Shown: positions 28,901 to 38,889 of the stretch, one piece after another | Position numbering within the stretch: position 1 is the stretch's first letter | How the letters are laid out: every line of letters begins with the position of its first letter | Source: Tubulanus polymorphus | Taxonomy: Eukaryota > Animalia > Nemertea | Assembly: GCF_964204645.1 (NCBI RefSeq) | Contig: NC_134027.1 | Span: 992,001-1,056,000 of the forward strand | Reading direction: 5' to 3' | Length of the DNA: 64,000 bases | The notes under the pieces: model-generated | Told to the model about the DNA's origin: nothing | Seen by the model: only the letters and a program-made list of their open reading frames with translations | The model's database searches: none | Made by a program: the position numbers and the translations under genes

Positions 28901-31900
28901 ATTTTAACTGCGGTGACCCTTTAGAACTATCCGGATTCTCTTATAACATCGAGGACTTCATGGACGAAGGAAGTCAGTGGTTTACATCTGGAAATTACAT
29001 TCTTTTTTTATAAAAATAGAAAAGATTTATGATTTTATTTTCTGTTCTATTTTTCAGTTTTCTTCTACAATTTTGGTTGGTAAGTATTTTACTTACTGAA
29101 AACCGCCGTTGTTTAGAGAATTAACGACTATTTGCCGAACAAGTCAAATAAAACTTCGGGGGCTTGTTGCACAGTCATGACTTCAGTCCAAAAGTGGTCT
29201 TAAATCATAAGACCGGTCTTGAATTCTTAGATTGGCTATACAACTAAGTTGGTCTTAGACTAGTCTTAAGTCTAAGCCATGACTATGCAACCAGCCCCAG
29301 GATTTGTTTCCACAGTTGAGAGTTGGAGTTGACTTTTGAGTTGAAATGAGTTAACTCACAACTGTGGAACGGATCCCTGATCCAAGAAGACTCATTAAGA
29401 ATATTTGTGGATTTGTAGGCCTGATTACGGAGTAGCTAATCCTGATACATTGCTCGATATGGTTAGAGTCATGCAGTTCGCTGTTTCTGAAGGCAAAGTA
29501 GCGATTCATTGTCACGCCGGTCTAGGTGAGTTACCACCTACCACCTGAAACGTGAAATCAGCAGTAACTTGTAATGGGTGGAGAAATTCAATAATATTGA
29601 AATTACTTTAGATAAACTCAGTGTCAAATATTGCCAGTCTTTTGCTGAATGAAATTAGATTTTTGTCAGTGTTGCAAGATTACCTTTCTTTTTAAAGTTG
29701 ATAATTTTGTCTTGACAACCAATCTCTTGAAATCAGATTGGAAATGATTATCTTTGGAATTGAACAACTAAGAAAATATGTAAGTTTGTTCTTTTTAGGA
29801 TCATGGGTTCTACAACTAAAGACTAAAACTCAAGATTAATGTTATTTGTCCTATTATCAAAATCTCACCAAAAATGGTTTTGATTTAAGGAGATTTTCTC
29901 TTCATGTCAGAGATATAAACAGATTGGGTTTAATCTAGAGATGACTGACTGTTTCTGGGACATTGAGGTTGGCTCTTAAAAGTGCCGTTTAAGAATCGAG
30001 TTGAATCGTGTTTTGATTCAGATGCGTGATTCACTGATATGAGGTGAATCAGTAGATTCATTGATGAGTATTTCGCCGAGATGTCGTTTTAACATGTGAA
30101 TTTCGGTAGCTTTATTCTGCGCGTACAAATAGAAAGCATCTTTCGTACTGGCGAGTGACAACCATTGAATCCTCGCCGAGTACCCGGTGTTCAATTCCTT
30201 CATACGTTCATAACGTTCACTGAACTGATGAACTTTCCTCTCCAGTATCGCTATTTGACGAGCTGCTCGAAGAAACTTCATTTCAACTCGTTGTAAACTC
30301 ATAACTGTATCATCGACATTCATCTGGTCTATAGAATTCTGTTGTAGGAAGATGGAGGAGCTGCTCTTGTCGTTAACGGTTTGACGTTCCATTTTACAAT
30401 GTTGAAAATATTCATAAATCACGGATATTTATACATCAACCTCAAACACTAATTAGTGAACTCATTAATTAAATACTTTTATTCGAAAACATCAAAGAAT
30501 CTTTAATCTTTTATTATGTTGTTTTCGAAAAGATCAAAGGAAAATTGTGATCAGTAATTAATTTGTAATTAGTGAAGATCAAAGGAGACCAAAAGGATCA
30601 CGTGTTAATTAGTTAAGGTGATCATATTCACTGTTTGATCAAAGGGTTGTACTTAATTAATTACTAGTAACTGATCATGACCAGAATACTATTCATTATT
30701 CAAAGATCAAAGGATACTGATTTATTTGTAACAGGTGTTGTAAATATTGATGACTGATCAACACAATATTTTGAAAAGAAATAATGCGTTTACCAGTAAT
30801 TAATGTTTGAGGTTGCTGTATAAATATCCATAGTGTCTGTTAATATCTCTGATACAACAGCAAAATCTCCTCAATCAAAACCATCTTAGGTCAGGTTTTG
30901 ATATAAAAGGCATTTTGTCTAAATATGTTAGACCGATGGCAGTTTTAAGTTGTAGGAACCAAAACCCACATTTTCAAGAACAAACCTATGTTTACCCAAG
31001 ATTTCCAGTTGATTTAAGAGAGTTTATTTGAAATCTGAATTTTTACTTTCCGTCCGAAACATTAGAAAATAACTGAGTTTGGATTTTGTCTTAACTGATT
31101 CTTACGGATTGTTTCTTTATAAAAGTTGGTTGTCTATTATCAAAGATGGTTAAATTCTTGTACACGAGTTTGAAGAATTACGAACATAATTTTGCTTAAA
31201 GCTGGTAAAATATGTAGCGAGATTTTGAAAATTGAATTTTGTGATATTTCAGGACGGACGGGAGTTTTGATAGCGGTTTATTTGATATTCAATAATCGTA
31301 TGTCCGCAGGTGAAGCTATTCAATACATTCGAACAAAAAGGTAGAAATATCGATTTCAAAGATTTGATTATCGATTGATGGATCGAACTATGATTTGTTT
31401 ATGAATCTGTTGTATCATTTTTAGGAAAGGGGCAATACAAACAAAGAGACAAATAGATGCGATAAAAGCTTATGGAATTTATTTAAAACCATTTCGGATA
31501 ATTTATTCCGAGTAAGTATCTGAACTGGCTCTCGTTCCTGATGGTGCTGTAAGTTTTTGAAACTTTAGTCATGAAATCGACAGTCCATTATTCAACCATG
31601 GCATATTTCACGAATCAAGGTTACAATGCCAGAAGTAAGTTCAACAGCCCAACAGCAGTCTTAGATAATGACCCTAAGTCTAACTAAAGTCTAAAAGTGG
31701 TCTTAGATATTTAGACTGGTCTTGAGTTGTTTTATTGGTTCTAGAACTAAGTTGGTCTCAAATCTAAAGCCTAGACTGTGCAACTTGGCTCCAGGGGCTG
31801 GTTGCATAGTCATGGCTTAGACTTAAGACCAGTCTAAGACCAACTTAGTTCTATAGCCAATCTAACAACTTGAGACCAGTCATAAGATTTAAGACCACTT

Positions 31901-34423
31901 TTGGACTTAAGTCACGACTGTGCAACTGGCCCCAGATCTAGTGTCAGAATCCAGACTGATGCGATGAGTCCCTATTTTGACCGTGTGACGAATTAACAAA
32001 TGAAATTGTTGTTATTGTTTTTAGTTGTGCTACTGATGATTTTACGTTGTACCAGTATCTAATGAGACAGAAACACATGTTACATGGATTTGAAGCTCGA
32101 CGGCTGAAACACATTCCAAAGGTACGGTCGATCAGAACAGCCGACACTCTCACACGTGAACAATATGAATCCAAAACGTCTTCATTTTTTATCTCCTAGA
32201 TTTGTATAAATTAGGTTATAAGCTTCAGTTTTATAATACATCGATCTCCAGTTTATTTCTCATCTTGATAATGATTATTGATTTTTTTTTTTCGACAGAT
32301 AATCTACGTCTGCTGCGAACGTCTGCTCGAACTGGCTCATAGAGGGCGCCGGTTGAAATCTCACGCTAACGACAGCGATACGTTGAAACTGATTCGAGAG
32401 GTGGCTCCGAAAGCTTTCAACAATTCGCCGTCGTCGGGGGCGACGATGATGAACGGGTTAAAACGCGCTCAGAGCTGCGATGACAAACTCAGCTCGGCTG
32501 ACTCCGATAATAACTCATTGTTACCGTTACCGACGGCGACGGGACGCGCCGGTTCGACGAACGATATTTATAAACTATCGGCGAATTTGACCTTGAACGA
32601 CGAAAGCGATACCGGGTCGAGTTTTGGCGATGATAAAAACACGGACGAGGATGGATTACGTACGGATGACGACGGCGATGAATCTAGCGATCCGGAATCG
32701 GCAGGAATCGAGTCGGTGATTCGTAGTTTAGTTACCGTGAATCATACCGATGACGTTAAACAAATAGTGCACGATTATAAAGTAAGTTTCATCCGATTCA
32801 GAAACAGGACCCGGTTCCATGACTACGGGACTGGTTACCAAACCTCTGCATCCCGGTTCATCATCGTAGAAACAATTGTAAACTGTAAACCGGAGTTTAA
32901 TTATCTGTTGTAGATCTCTTTAAACACGTGTGACAGCGCATGGCAGACGCTATCTCATGAAAACAATCCGTCCGTTTTGAGTTTACTAATCTGGGATTGG
33001 TTAGATCAACTACGGGTAAGTCTTAAACATTTCAACGGTTTACAAGTTTTAGACATTAGCTCGGTTTCGATCGACTTTAGTCACCGTGTATATTTCAATT
33101 GAGAAAAAACCTAGCTGTACAATTGAAAAGGAGTTTAGTTTGATGTTTTGACTCAATGAGCCATTTTTAAACGGATTTAAGTTCGAAATCATTGATGAGG
33201 TATTCTAGTTGCTACCAGGAATTACTTAGTAACTTTACTGTAACTTTTACTGTTCTTGCGTATCAAATCAATTCTGAAAATGGCGTATATTGTTGTCGAA
33301 ATGTCACGACTTTCTTTCTTAGTTCGGACATTTTTCAGGACTTTTCAAACTCGGGATGAAATGATACTCCGTGAAGGAAGCGATATTTTATTTTAAAGAT
33401 ATTCTGATTTGTTTTTTAGGAACCGATTATCAGTTTTCAGGATCTGAATCTAATTTCTGCTCACGTCGATGAACCATTAGCCGGAATTCAACGTTTAGAA
33501 AGAGTAAGTATCCACCACCAGGTGGAGCCACTGTACAGTTTCGCGTCCGGTTCAGGTAGACATTCTGTTTATTTGTATTGACCAATAAACAACGCTCGGT
33601 ATTTCCACTTAGAAGTTGAAATTATCTTTTGTTTCGGCACCGAGTAGAAATCTAGGGACTAAAGCCGTTGCGTCACAAGTTGGGGGGTAAGTCTGTTGCG
33701 ATGTGATTTCCAGCGACTGTGTGCGACTAGTTGCTGCCAGTTGCAAGAGCGCATAGATCGGTTGCGACGGTTGCGTCGCAGAAAGTAGAACATGTGCGAC
33801 TCATTGCGACTGGCGTCGCTGCCAGTCGCAACCTGCGCTGGTAGTTGCAAAGTAGCGTAGGTCGGTGAGTCGTTGCGACGTGATCGTCGCGAGCCGTCGC
33901 AAGGCCGACCTACGCCCGGCTTAATTTCATCAATTCATTGATGCTGTTCTATACAAAATGACCCCTGGAGCTTCATTATCAAGTGTTTGTGAACAACAAA
34001 TAATATATTAAATCTCTAAAAGAAACCAAAAAGAATGTAGAACTTGTCCAAGCAAAGATTTTGAAACGTCTCTTCAAATACGTTAAAAAAAGATTCTCAT
34101 AAATGATGTTTGTTTTGTTTCAGGCGAGTCAACATACGACTGAATATCTAGTCAACTTCGTAACACGGTTATTGCCCCTCGACGAGGAGCACGAGGATTC
34201 CATCATGATGCGATTAATGTCCGTTCTAACGCAACAGAACGTCTACGGTAACCGCGGCGACGCGTTCCACTGTCCATCGCTGACCAAATCGAGCCGCGTT
34301 ATGAAATCTGAAATGCAACAGAAAACTATCAAGTTTTTCTACCTGCTCCTCGACGCTCTCGAGACGAAATTACAACAGCGTAAAATGAAACGTCGCGCTT
34401 CGCTTTCAGAAACTAATCAATAA
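25937..34423 (+). CDS. PTPDC1: Protein tyrosine phosphatase domain-containing protein 1; exons 25937-26012, 27023-27194, 28378-28458, 28857-28972, 29058-29079, 29419-29525, 31253-31340, 31425-31511, 32025-32121, 32299-32781, 32914-33015, 33420-33503, 34124-34423
   Basis: Spliced motifs CAMFCGGKTCKY, IKGLYSSWVTENILAMSRPS, IINLQTPGEH..CG.PLE.SGFSY, FFYNFGWPDYGVA, LDMVRVMQFAVSEGKVAIHCHAGLGRTGVLIA (CX5R loop), YLMRQKHMLHGFEARRLKHIPKIIYVCC match PTPDC1. First exon less certain. Confidence 0.95.
27341..27477. mobile_element. ~140-bp palindromic MITE family (Harbinger-like), copy
   Basis: gaccagttgcatagtcatggcttagacttaagacc ... gactgtgcaactggccc; same family as 31795-31932. Confidence 0.8.
28120..28250. 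mobile_element. Same ~140-bp MITE family, diverged copy
   Basis: ggcccgttccatagtcatggcttagac ... actatggaaccggcc. Confidence 0.7.
28545..28700 (-). repeat. Dispersed repeat (SINE-like, B-box GTTCGAATCC); inverted relative at ~2905-3035
   Basis: Shared gcaatctgattggtgc.gcaagttttc.tgcag ... accgtggct.aga ... cgatgccatcaggtt.g.atccctg in both copies. Confidence 0.55.
29160..29298. mobile_element. Same ~140-bp MITE family, inverted copy
   Basis: gggcttgttgcacagtcatgac ... catgactatgcaaccagccc. Confidence 0.8.
29971..29986 (-). promoter_or_regulatory. Histone-type 3' stem-loop (one stem mismatch), copy 1
   Basis: Minus strand aaac-GGCACT-TTTA-AGAGCC-aacc versus consensus GGYYCT-TTTH-AGRRCC; 31 nt after the stop of the 124-aa ORF. 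Confidence 0.65.
30018..30392 (-). CDS. Intronless 124-aa uncharacterised helical/coiled-coil protein, copy 1 (antisense in PTPDC1 intron 6)
   Basis: ATG in AAAATGG context at 30392, TATAAATA at 30433-30426, identical protein encoded by the second copy at 38089-38463. Confidence 0.75.
   Translation of the reverse strand: MERQTVNDKSSSSIFLQQNSIDQMNVDDTVMSLQRVEMKFLRAARQIAILERKVHQFSERYERMKELNTGYSARIQWLSLASTKDAFYLYAQNKATEIHMLKRHLGEILINESTDSPHISESRI
30426..30713 (-). promoter_or_regulatory. TATA box plus cluster of five TCF/LEF-type sites and TAATTA motifs, copy 1
   Basis: ATCAAAG-containing sites starting at 30489, 30531, 30576, 30636, 30704 (three are AGATCAAAGG); TATA at 30426-30433. Confidence 0.7.
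31795..31932. mobile_element. ~140-bp MITE, best-preserved copy, CAG target-site duplication; a degenerate copy abuts it (~31655-31790)
   Basis: cag|gggctggttgcatagtcatggctta ... taagtcacgactgtgcaactggccc|cag. Confidence 0.85.
33663..33920. mobile_element. GC-rich MITE with TAA target-site duplication (Tourist/Harbinger-like)
   Basis: taa|agccgttgcgt ... acgcccggct|taa; internal ttgcgac/gtcgca subrepeats; GC island in an AT-rich intron. Confidence 0.7.
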
Positions 34424-34675
34424 ATACCGTTACCGGTGGTAGAAAAAATAATCAAAATTTCATCGTCAGTATCAAATGCAAGTTATTCTAGTGCCAATTG
34501 TTGTCATTATTAGTCACCAGGTAGCGCTTTGTTACGTTTAGTCACATGATTTCGTCCTGTTTTTTATCGAATCTCGTAACTTGTAAATAGATAAGTTGAA
34601 TTATTGTTGTGTATTGATTGTATATATAGTGTAAAGTGTAATAATGTATTTGTGCATCCATCAGCTCTATATCAA

Positions 34676-34860
34676 ACAGTTCAGAGCCCAGTTCCACTGT
34701 GCTGGCCATGGTTCCACAGTTCAGAGCCCAGTTCCACTGTGCCGGACCTGATTCCACAGTTCAGAGCCCAGTTCCACTGTGCCGGACCTGATTCCACAGT
34801 TCAGAGCCCAGTTCCACTGTGCCGGACCTGATTCCACAGTTCAGAGCCCAGTTCCACTGT
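34676..34860. repeat. Minisatellite, 40-bp unit, about 4.6 copies (PTPDC1 3' region)
   Basis: acagttcagagcccagttccactgtgccggacctgattcc. Confidence 0.95.
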
Positions 34861-35857
34861 TCACGGGTAGAAATTGAATCCAGGGTAAGAACATTGAATG
34901 TTAACTAGTTGCCAGTCAAAATGTACCAATAATTAGAAGACCGTGCATCGATTGGGAATTTCTGTAAACTTTCTGGCTAGTCTGGGTCACCTTTACCTTT
35001 TATTATACTAGCTACATATAAAACTTCTGCTCAAGGTCCCAGCTTCACGACGTGTTGTGAAACTGGAACCTGAATTCTTAGTGTTTTAATATGTGATTGT
35101 TAACGAATGTCATTGATAGACATTTCTATGTATTAAAAAGATGTGATATTGTTGTAAATGAAGAGGTTCCATTTCCACTGTCAGTTGTTCGGTTCAGTTT
35201 GACACATTTTGAGTTCGAATCAGTTCATTTACGATATTTCAACTCTTAAAGAGTTAGAAATTTTAACCCACAATTGTAGAGCTGCTGATCTGTTTAATTT
35301 GTTTGGCACCAGTTCTACAGCTCTGGGTGGAGTTTGACTCAAATTTTAACTGCAGAACTGTTGAACTTGAAACAGATATTTAAAACTACAGATTCTGCAA
35401 GAAATTCATGGTCTTTTTGATTCTGCTTACAACTGTATACACAGTATTTATACATGCAACAAATGGAAGAAATATGTTTTTACTCAATATTTTTCCCTCC
35501 CTTGATTTGACACAGTTTTTATAGATGACATTTTTCATGACGTGCTTCTCGGACTCCGTTCCACGCATTTTTCTGTTTGTTGTATTCGATTGTTTCATGT
35601 TAATTCTAACGACATTCAGATATTATTTTACTATATTTGTGTGTGTGGTTAGTGGTCCGCCTTACTGCCATGTGGTTCCGCTGTGTTAAGCCATCCAGTT
35701 TCACATTTTTCAACGTCCAAAGGACCTCAGGTCCGTAATCATTGTTCTTGAGTCTAGATTTACATGATTCAAAGTTAAATATGCAGTTGACAGCAGTTTG
35801 TGGTCTCTCTGTTACACAGTTGTTAACTAAAACATACATTTGTGAGTTATTTAGAAA

Positions 35858-36034
35858 TACAATGGAACCTCGTTACAACGAACCTTATCCGACCATCTGT
35901 TTCTGATAATCAATAGTTTGTTATATCCAGAATGAAAAATTTTGAAATTTCCGTTTTTGATGAAATTCTAGGTTTGTAATTGAATGAATGATAAATCGTT
36001 ATAACTGAGGTCGTTAAAACGAGGTTCCACTGTA
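35858..36034. mobile_element. Tc1/mariner-pogo-type MITE with TA ends
   Basis: tacaatggaacctcgttacaacga ... tcgttaaaacgaggttccactgta. Confidence 0.8.
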
Positions 36035-36889
36035 GGTCAATCAACGTGTCAAATACTGCACTCGGTTCTAGATATCTACTGTAGGTCTTACTGCAGTAAG
36101 TTACTTAAATTCAAGCCATCAAAAAATGATTTGATTTTTAAAATATTTTGTAAGGTATTTTTTGTTGATTGTTGTATATATATATGTAAACCGTACTGAA
36201 GATACCGTCCAGGTAAAAATATAAAAACAAACTATTATTCATTCCAATAGATTTCACTAGTTTTAGTTTTTTCATCTCTATTCTCCGCTGGATGCGGAGG
36301 GCATCGCTGAAGTTTAACACTTGTCAGAGAATGCATTATGAGCCTCACTCAGATACACGCTGCTAGTATAGAAGAGTCTACAACCAGAACTGTCGAACCT
36401 AAGACACCCCTGATTATCCATTGTGTAATTATGTATATCGCTCGACATTAGTATCAATAGACAGGGTTCGAACCCGGAACACCCATGTCATCTATTCGGC
36501 ATCGGGACCACCAATCTCAGGACCAATTACAGGACAAGTATCCCAAAGTCAAGTGAACAAAACTCCCACTACATATAAGTGGGTTTTTGTAAAATCTTTA
36601 AAACATGCACACCTGTGATTATTTAAACCAGCATGTACGCCTGCAATTTTAGAAATTACAACAGCCTTTGTCGCTGCGAACCGCGGTGCACGACACATCA
36701 TGTGACAACGCAAACGATGATTATAGTATTCAGCCAGTATTTCAAAACTGAAGCAACGCCACATTATTTGACGACGCATGCAAAAGATAATTATAGTATT
36801 TCAAAACTAAAGCGAACATGAAGATTGAAGTAGGCACATCAGTACGAATCGAGTTCTAAAACATTCAAACACTGATAGTAAATGACAGA

Positions 36890-37930
36890 ATGTCGGTGGT
36901 AAATGAAACATCAGATCCTGCGGCGCTCATCTGTTGTGGTCAGTTATGCGACAGTTCGAGTGCGATCTTCACGTACAGGACGATCATGGCATTTACACGT
37001 GCCACACTTTATACAATCGGTATCATCTCAAACTGTCTGGCGTTTATCGTTATTCATCTGATGAAACTTAGAGGTAGCAGTATTCTATATTTGGAGATGT
37101 TGGCTGTAGCTGATTGTGTAAACTGTCTGACCGGTTTGTTCGGACGCGAGTTAAATATGCTTTCTAAACGCTTTCCGCTCGAATATATTCGCTACAATCA
37201 CATTTATCAACAGTTTTATCGTTATGTTTATCTTTACGTGGACGCCATCTTCCAAATGACGACGAGCACCAGTTCGTGGCTACTGTTCGCATTAAGTTTA
37301 GACCGTTATGTAGCTATTAGATTCCCACTGTCTGCTAGGAATATTTGCACGATTCGAAATGCATTTCGTGTTTCTCTCGCGACTTGGGTTCTAACTTTTA
37401 TTTTCGATTTACCGACAATTTGGGATCTAGAAACATACTTTACGATGCCCGATCAGCCTTGTAAATATGTTCTGCCAAGGAAACTCTTGCTTCAGAATAA
37501 AGAATACGCTTTGTATTACGATTTTGTATTCGGTAAAGTAGTGTTGAAGTTTATTCCGGGTTTGATTGTTTTAGGTTGTAATGTACATATGGCGGCTTTA
37601 GTTCGGTTGGCGGCTCGTCTGAGACACAAACTTCAACAAATCGACGTCAAAGATGAACTTTCGACAAATAGTAAACAAGGACGACAAATAACTCTGACAA
37701 TATTAGCTTTGAATGTAGTATTTATGGTTGAATATGGGATGTCTTTAATAAACACATTTATACCGGCGGTTTTACCCGATGGATACACATATCGCCCGTA
37801 TCATTCGGGGCAGTTGTTACACGCTATCAATGCTATGATAAATTTATTCGTTTATTTAGGAATTCGAAGAGGTTTTGGAGAAACTCTAGTTTGGTTTTTG
37901 AGTTGTAAACGTTTAGGAAACCGAGTGTAG
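36890..37930 (+). CDS. Single-exon rhodopsin-family (class A) GPCR, FMRFamide-receptor-like / invertebrate chemoreceptor-like, 346 aa
   Basis: Seven hydrophobic segments; GIISN (TM1), LAVAD (TM2), LSLDRYVAIRFP (TM3), FIPG (TM5), INAMINLFVY (TM7); N-glycosylation sequon NET near the N-terminus. Confidence 0.9.
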   Translation: MSVVNETSDPAALICCGQLCDSSSAIFTYRTIMAFTRATLYTIGIISNCLAFIVIHLMKLRGSSILYLEMLAVADCVNCLTGLFGRELNMLSKRFPLEYIRYNHIYQQFYRYVYLYVDAIFQMTTSTSSWLLFALSLDRYVAIRFPLSARNICTIRNAFRVSLATWVLTFIFDLPTIWDLETYFTMPDQPCKYVLPRKLLLQNKEYALYYDFVFGKVVLKFIPGLIVLGCNVHMAALVRLAARLRHKLQQIDVKDELSTNSKQGRQITLTILALNVVFMVEYGMSLINTFIPAVLPDGYTYRPYHSGQLLHAINAMINLFVYLGIRRGFGETLVWFLSCKRLGNRV

Positions 37931-38088
37931 TTGATGAACAAGACAAAAAGCCATTCAAAAACTGAATTTGGGGAGTGGAAGAGATATAAACAGATTGGGT
38001 TTAATCTAGAGATGACTGACTGTTTCTGGGACATTGAGGTTGGCTCTTAAAAGTGCCGTTTAAGAATCGAGTTGAATCGTGTTTTGAT

Positions 38089-38463
38089 TCAGATGCGTGA
38101 TTCACTGATATGAGGTGAATCAGTAGATTCATTGATGAGTATTTCGCCGAGATGTCGTTTTAACATGTGAATTTCGGTAGCTTTATTCTGCGCGTACAAA
38201 TAGAAAGCATCTTTCGTACTGGCGAGTGACAACCATTGAATCCTCGCCGAGTACCCAGTGTTCAATTCCTTCATACGTTCATAACGTTCACTGAACTGAT
38301 GAACTTTCCTCTCCAGTATCGCTATTTGACGAGCTGCTCGAAGAAACTTCATTTCAACTCGTTGTAAACTCATAACTGTATCATCGACATTCATCTGGTC
38401 TATAGAATTCTGTTGTAGGAAGATGGAGGAGCTGCTCTTGTCGTTAACGGTTTGACGTTCCAT
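38089..38463 (-). CDS. Intronless 124-aa uncharacterised protein, copy 2
   Basis: Protein identical to copy 1; only one synonymous DNA difference seen by eye (38257 vs 30186); same TATA, TCF cluster (38560-38786) and stem-loop (38042-38057). Confidence 0.75.
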   Translation of the reverse strand: MERQTVNDKSSSSIFLQQNSIDQMNVDDTVMSLQRVEMKFLRAARQIAILERKVHQFSERYERMKELNTGYSARIQWLSLASTKDAFYLYAQNKATEIHMLKRHLGEILINESTDSPHISESRI

Positions 38464-38889
38464 TTTACAATGTTGAAAATATTCATAAATCACGGATATT
38501 TATACATCAACCTCAAACACTAATTACTGAACTCATTAATTAAATACTTTTATTCGAAAACATCAAAGAATCTTTAATCTTTTATTCTGTTGTTTTCGAA
38601 AAGATCAAAGGAAAATTGTGATCAGTAATTAATTAGTAATTAGTGAAGATCAAAGGAGAGTCAAGTGATCACCTGTTAATTAGTTAAGGTGATGGTGCTC
38701 ACTATTTGATCAAAGAGTTTTAATTAATTAATTGTTAGTTACTGATCACATGACCAGAAAATTATTAATAATATAAAGATCAAAGGATACTGATTTATTT
38801 GTAGCAGGTGTTGTAAAATATTGATGACGGATAAACACAATATTTTGAAAAGAAATAATTGCAGTAATAGTTACAACAGATGTATCTTA

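Noticed and set aside
30393-30422. GTG start giving the 134-aa version of the cassette ORF
   Set aside because: It lies directly under the TATA box, upstream of the likely transcription start; ATG 30392 has good context.
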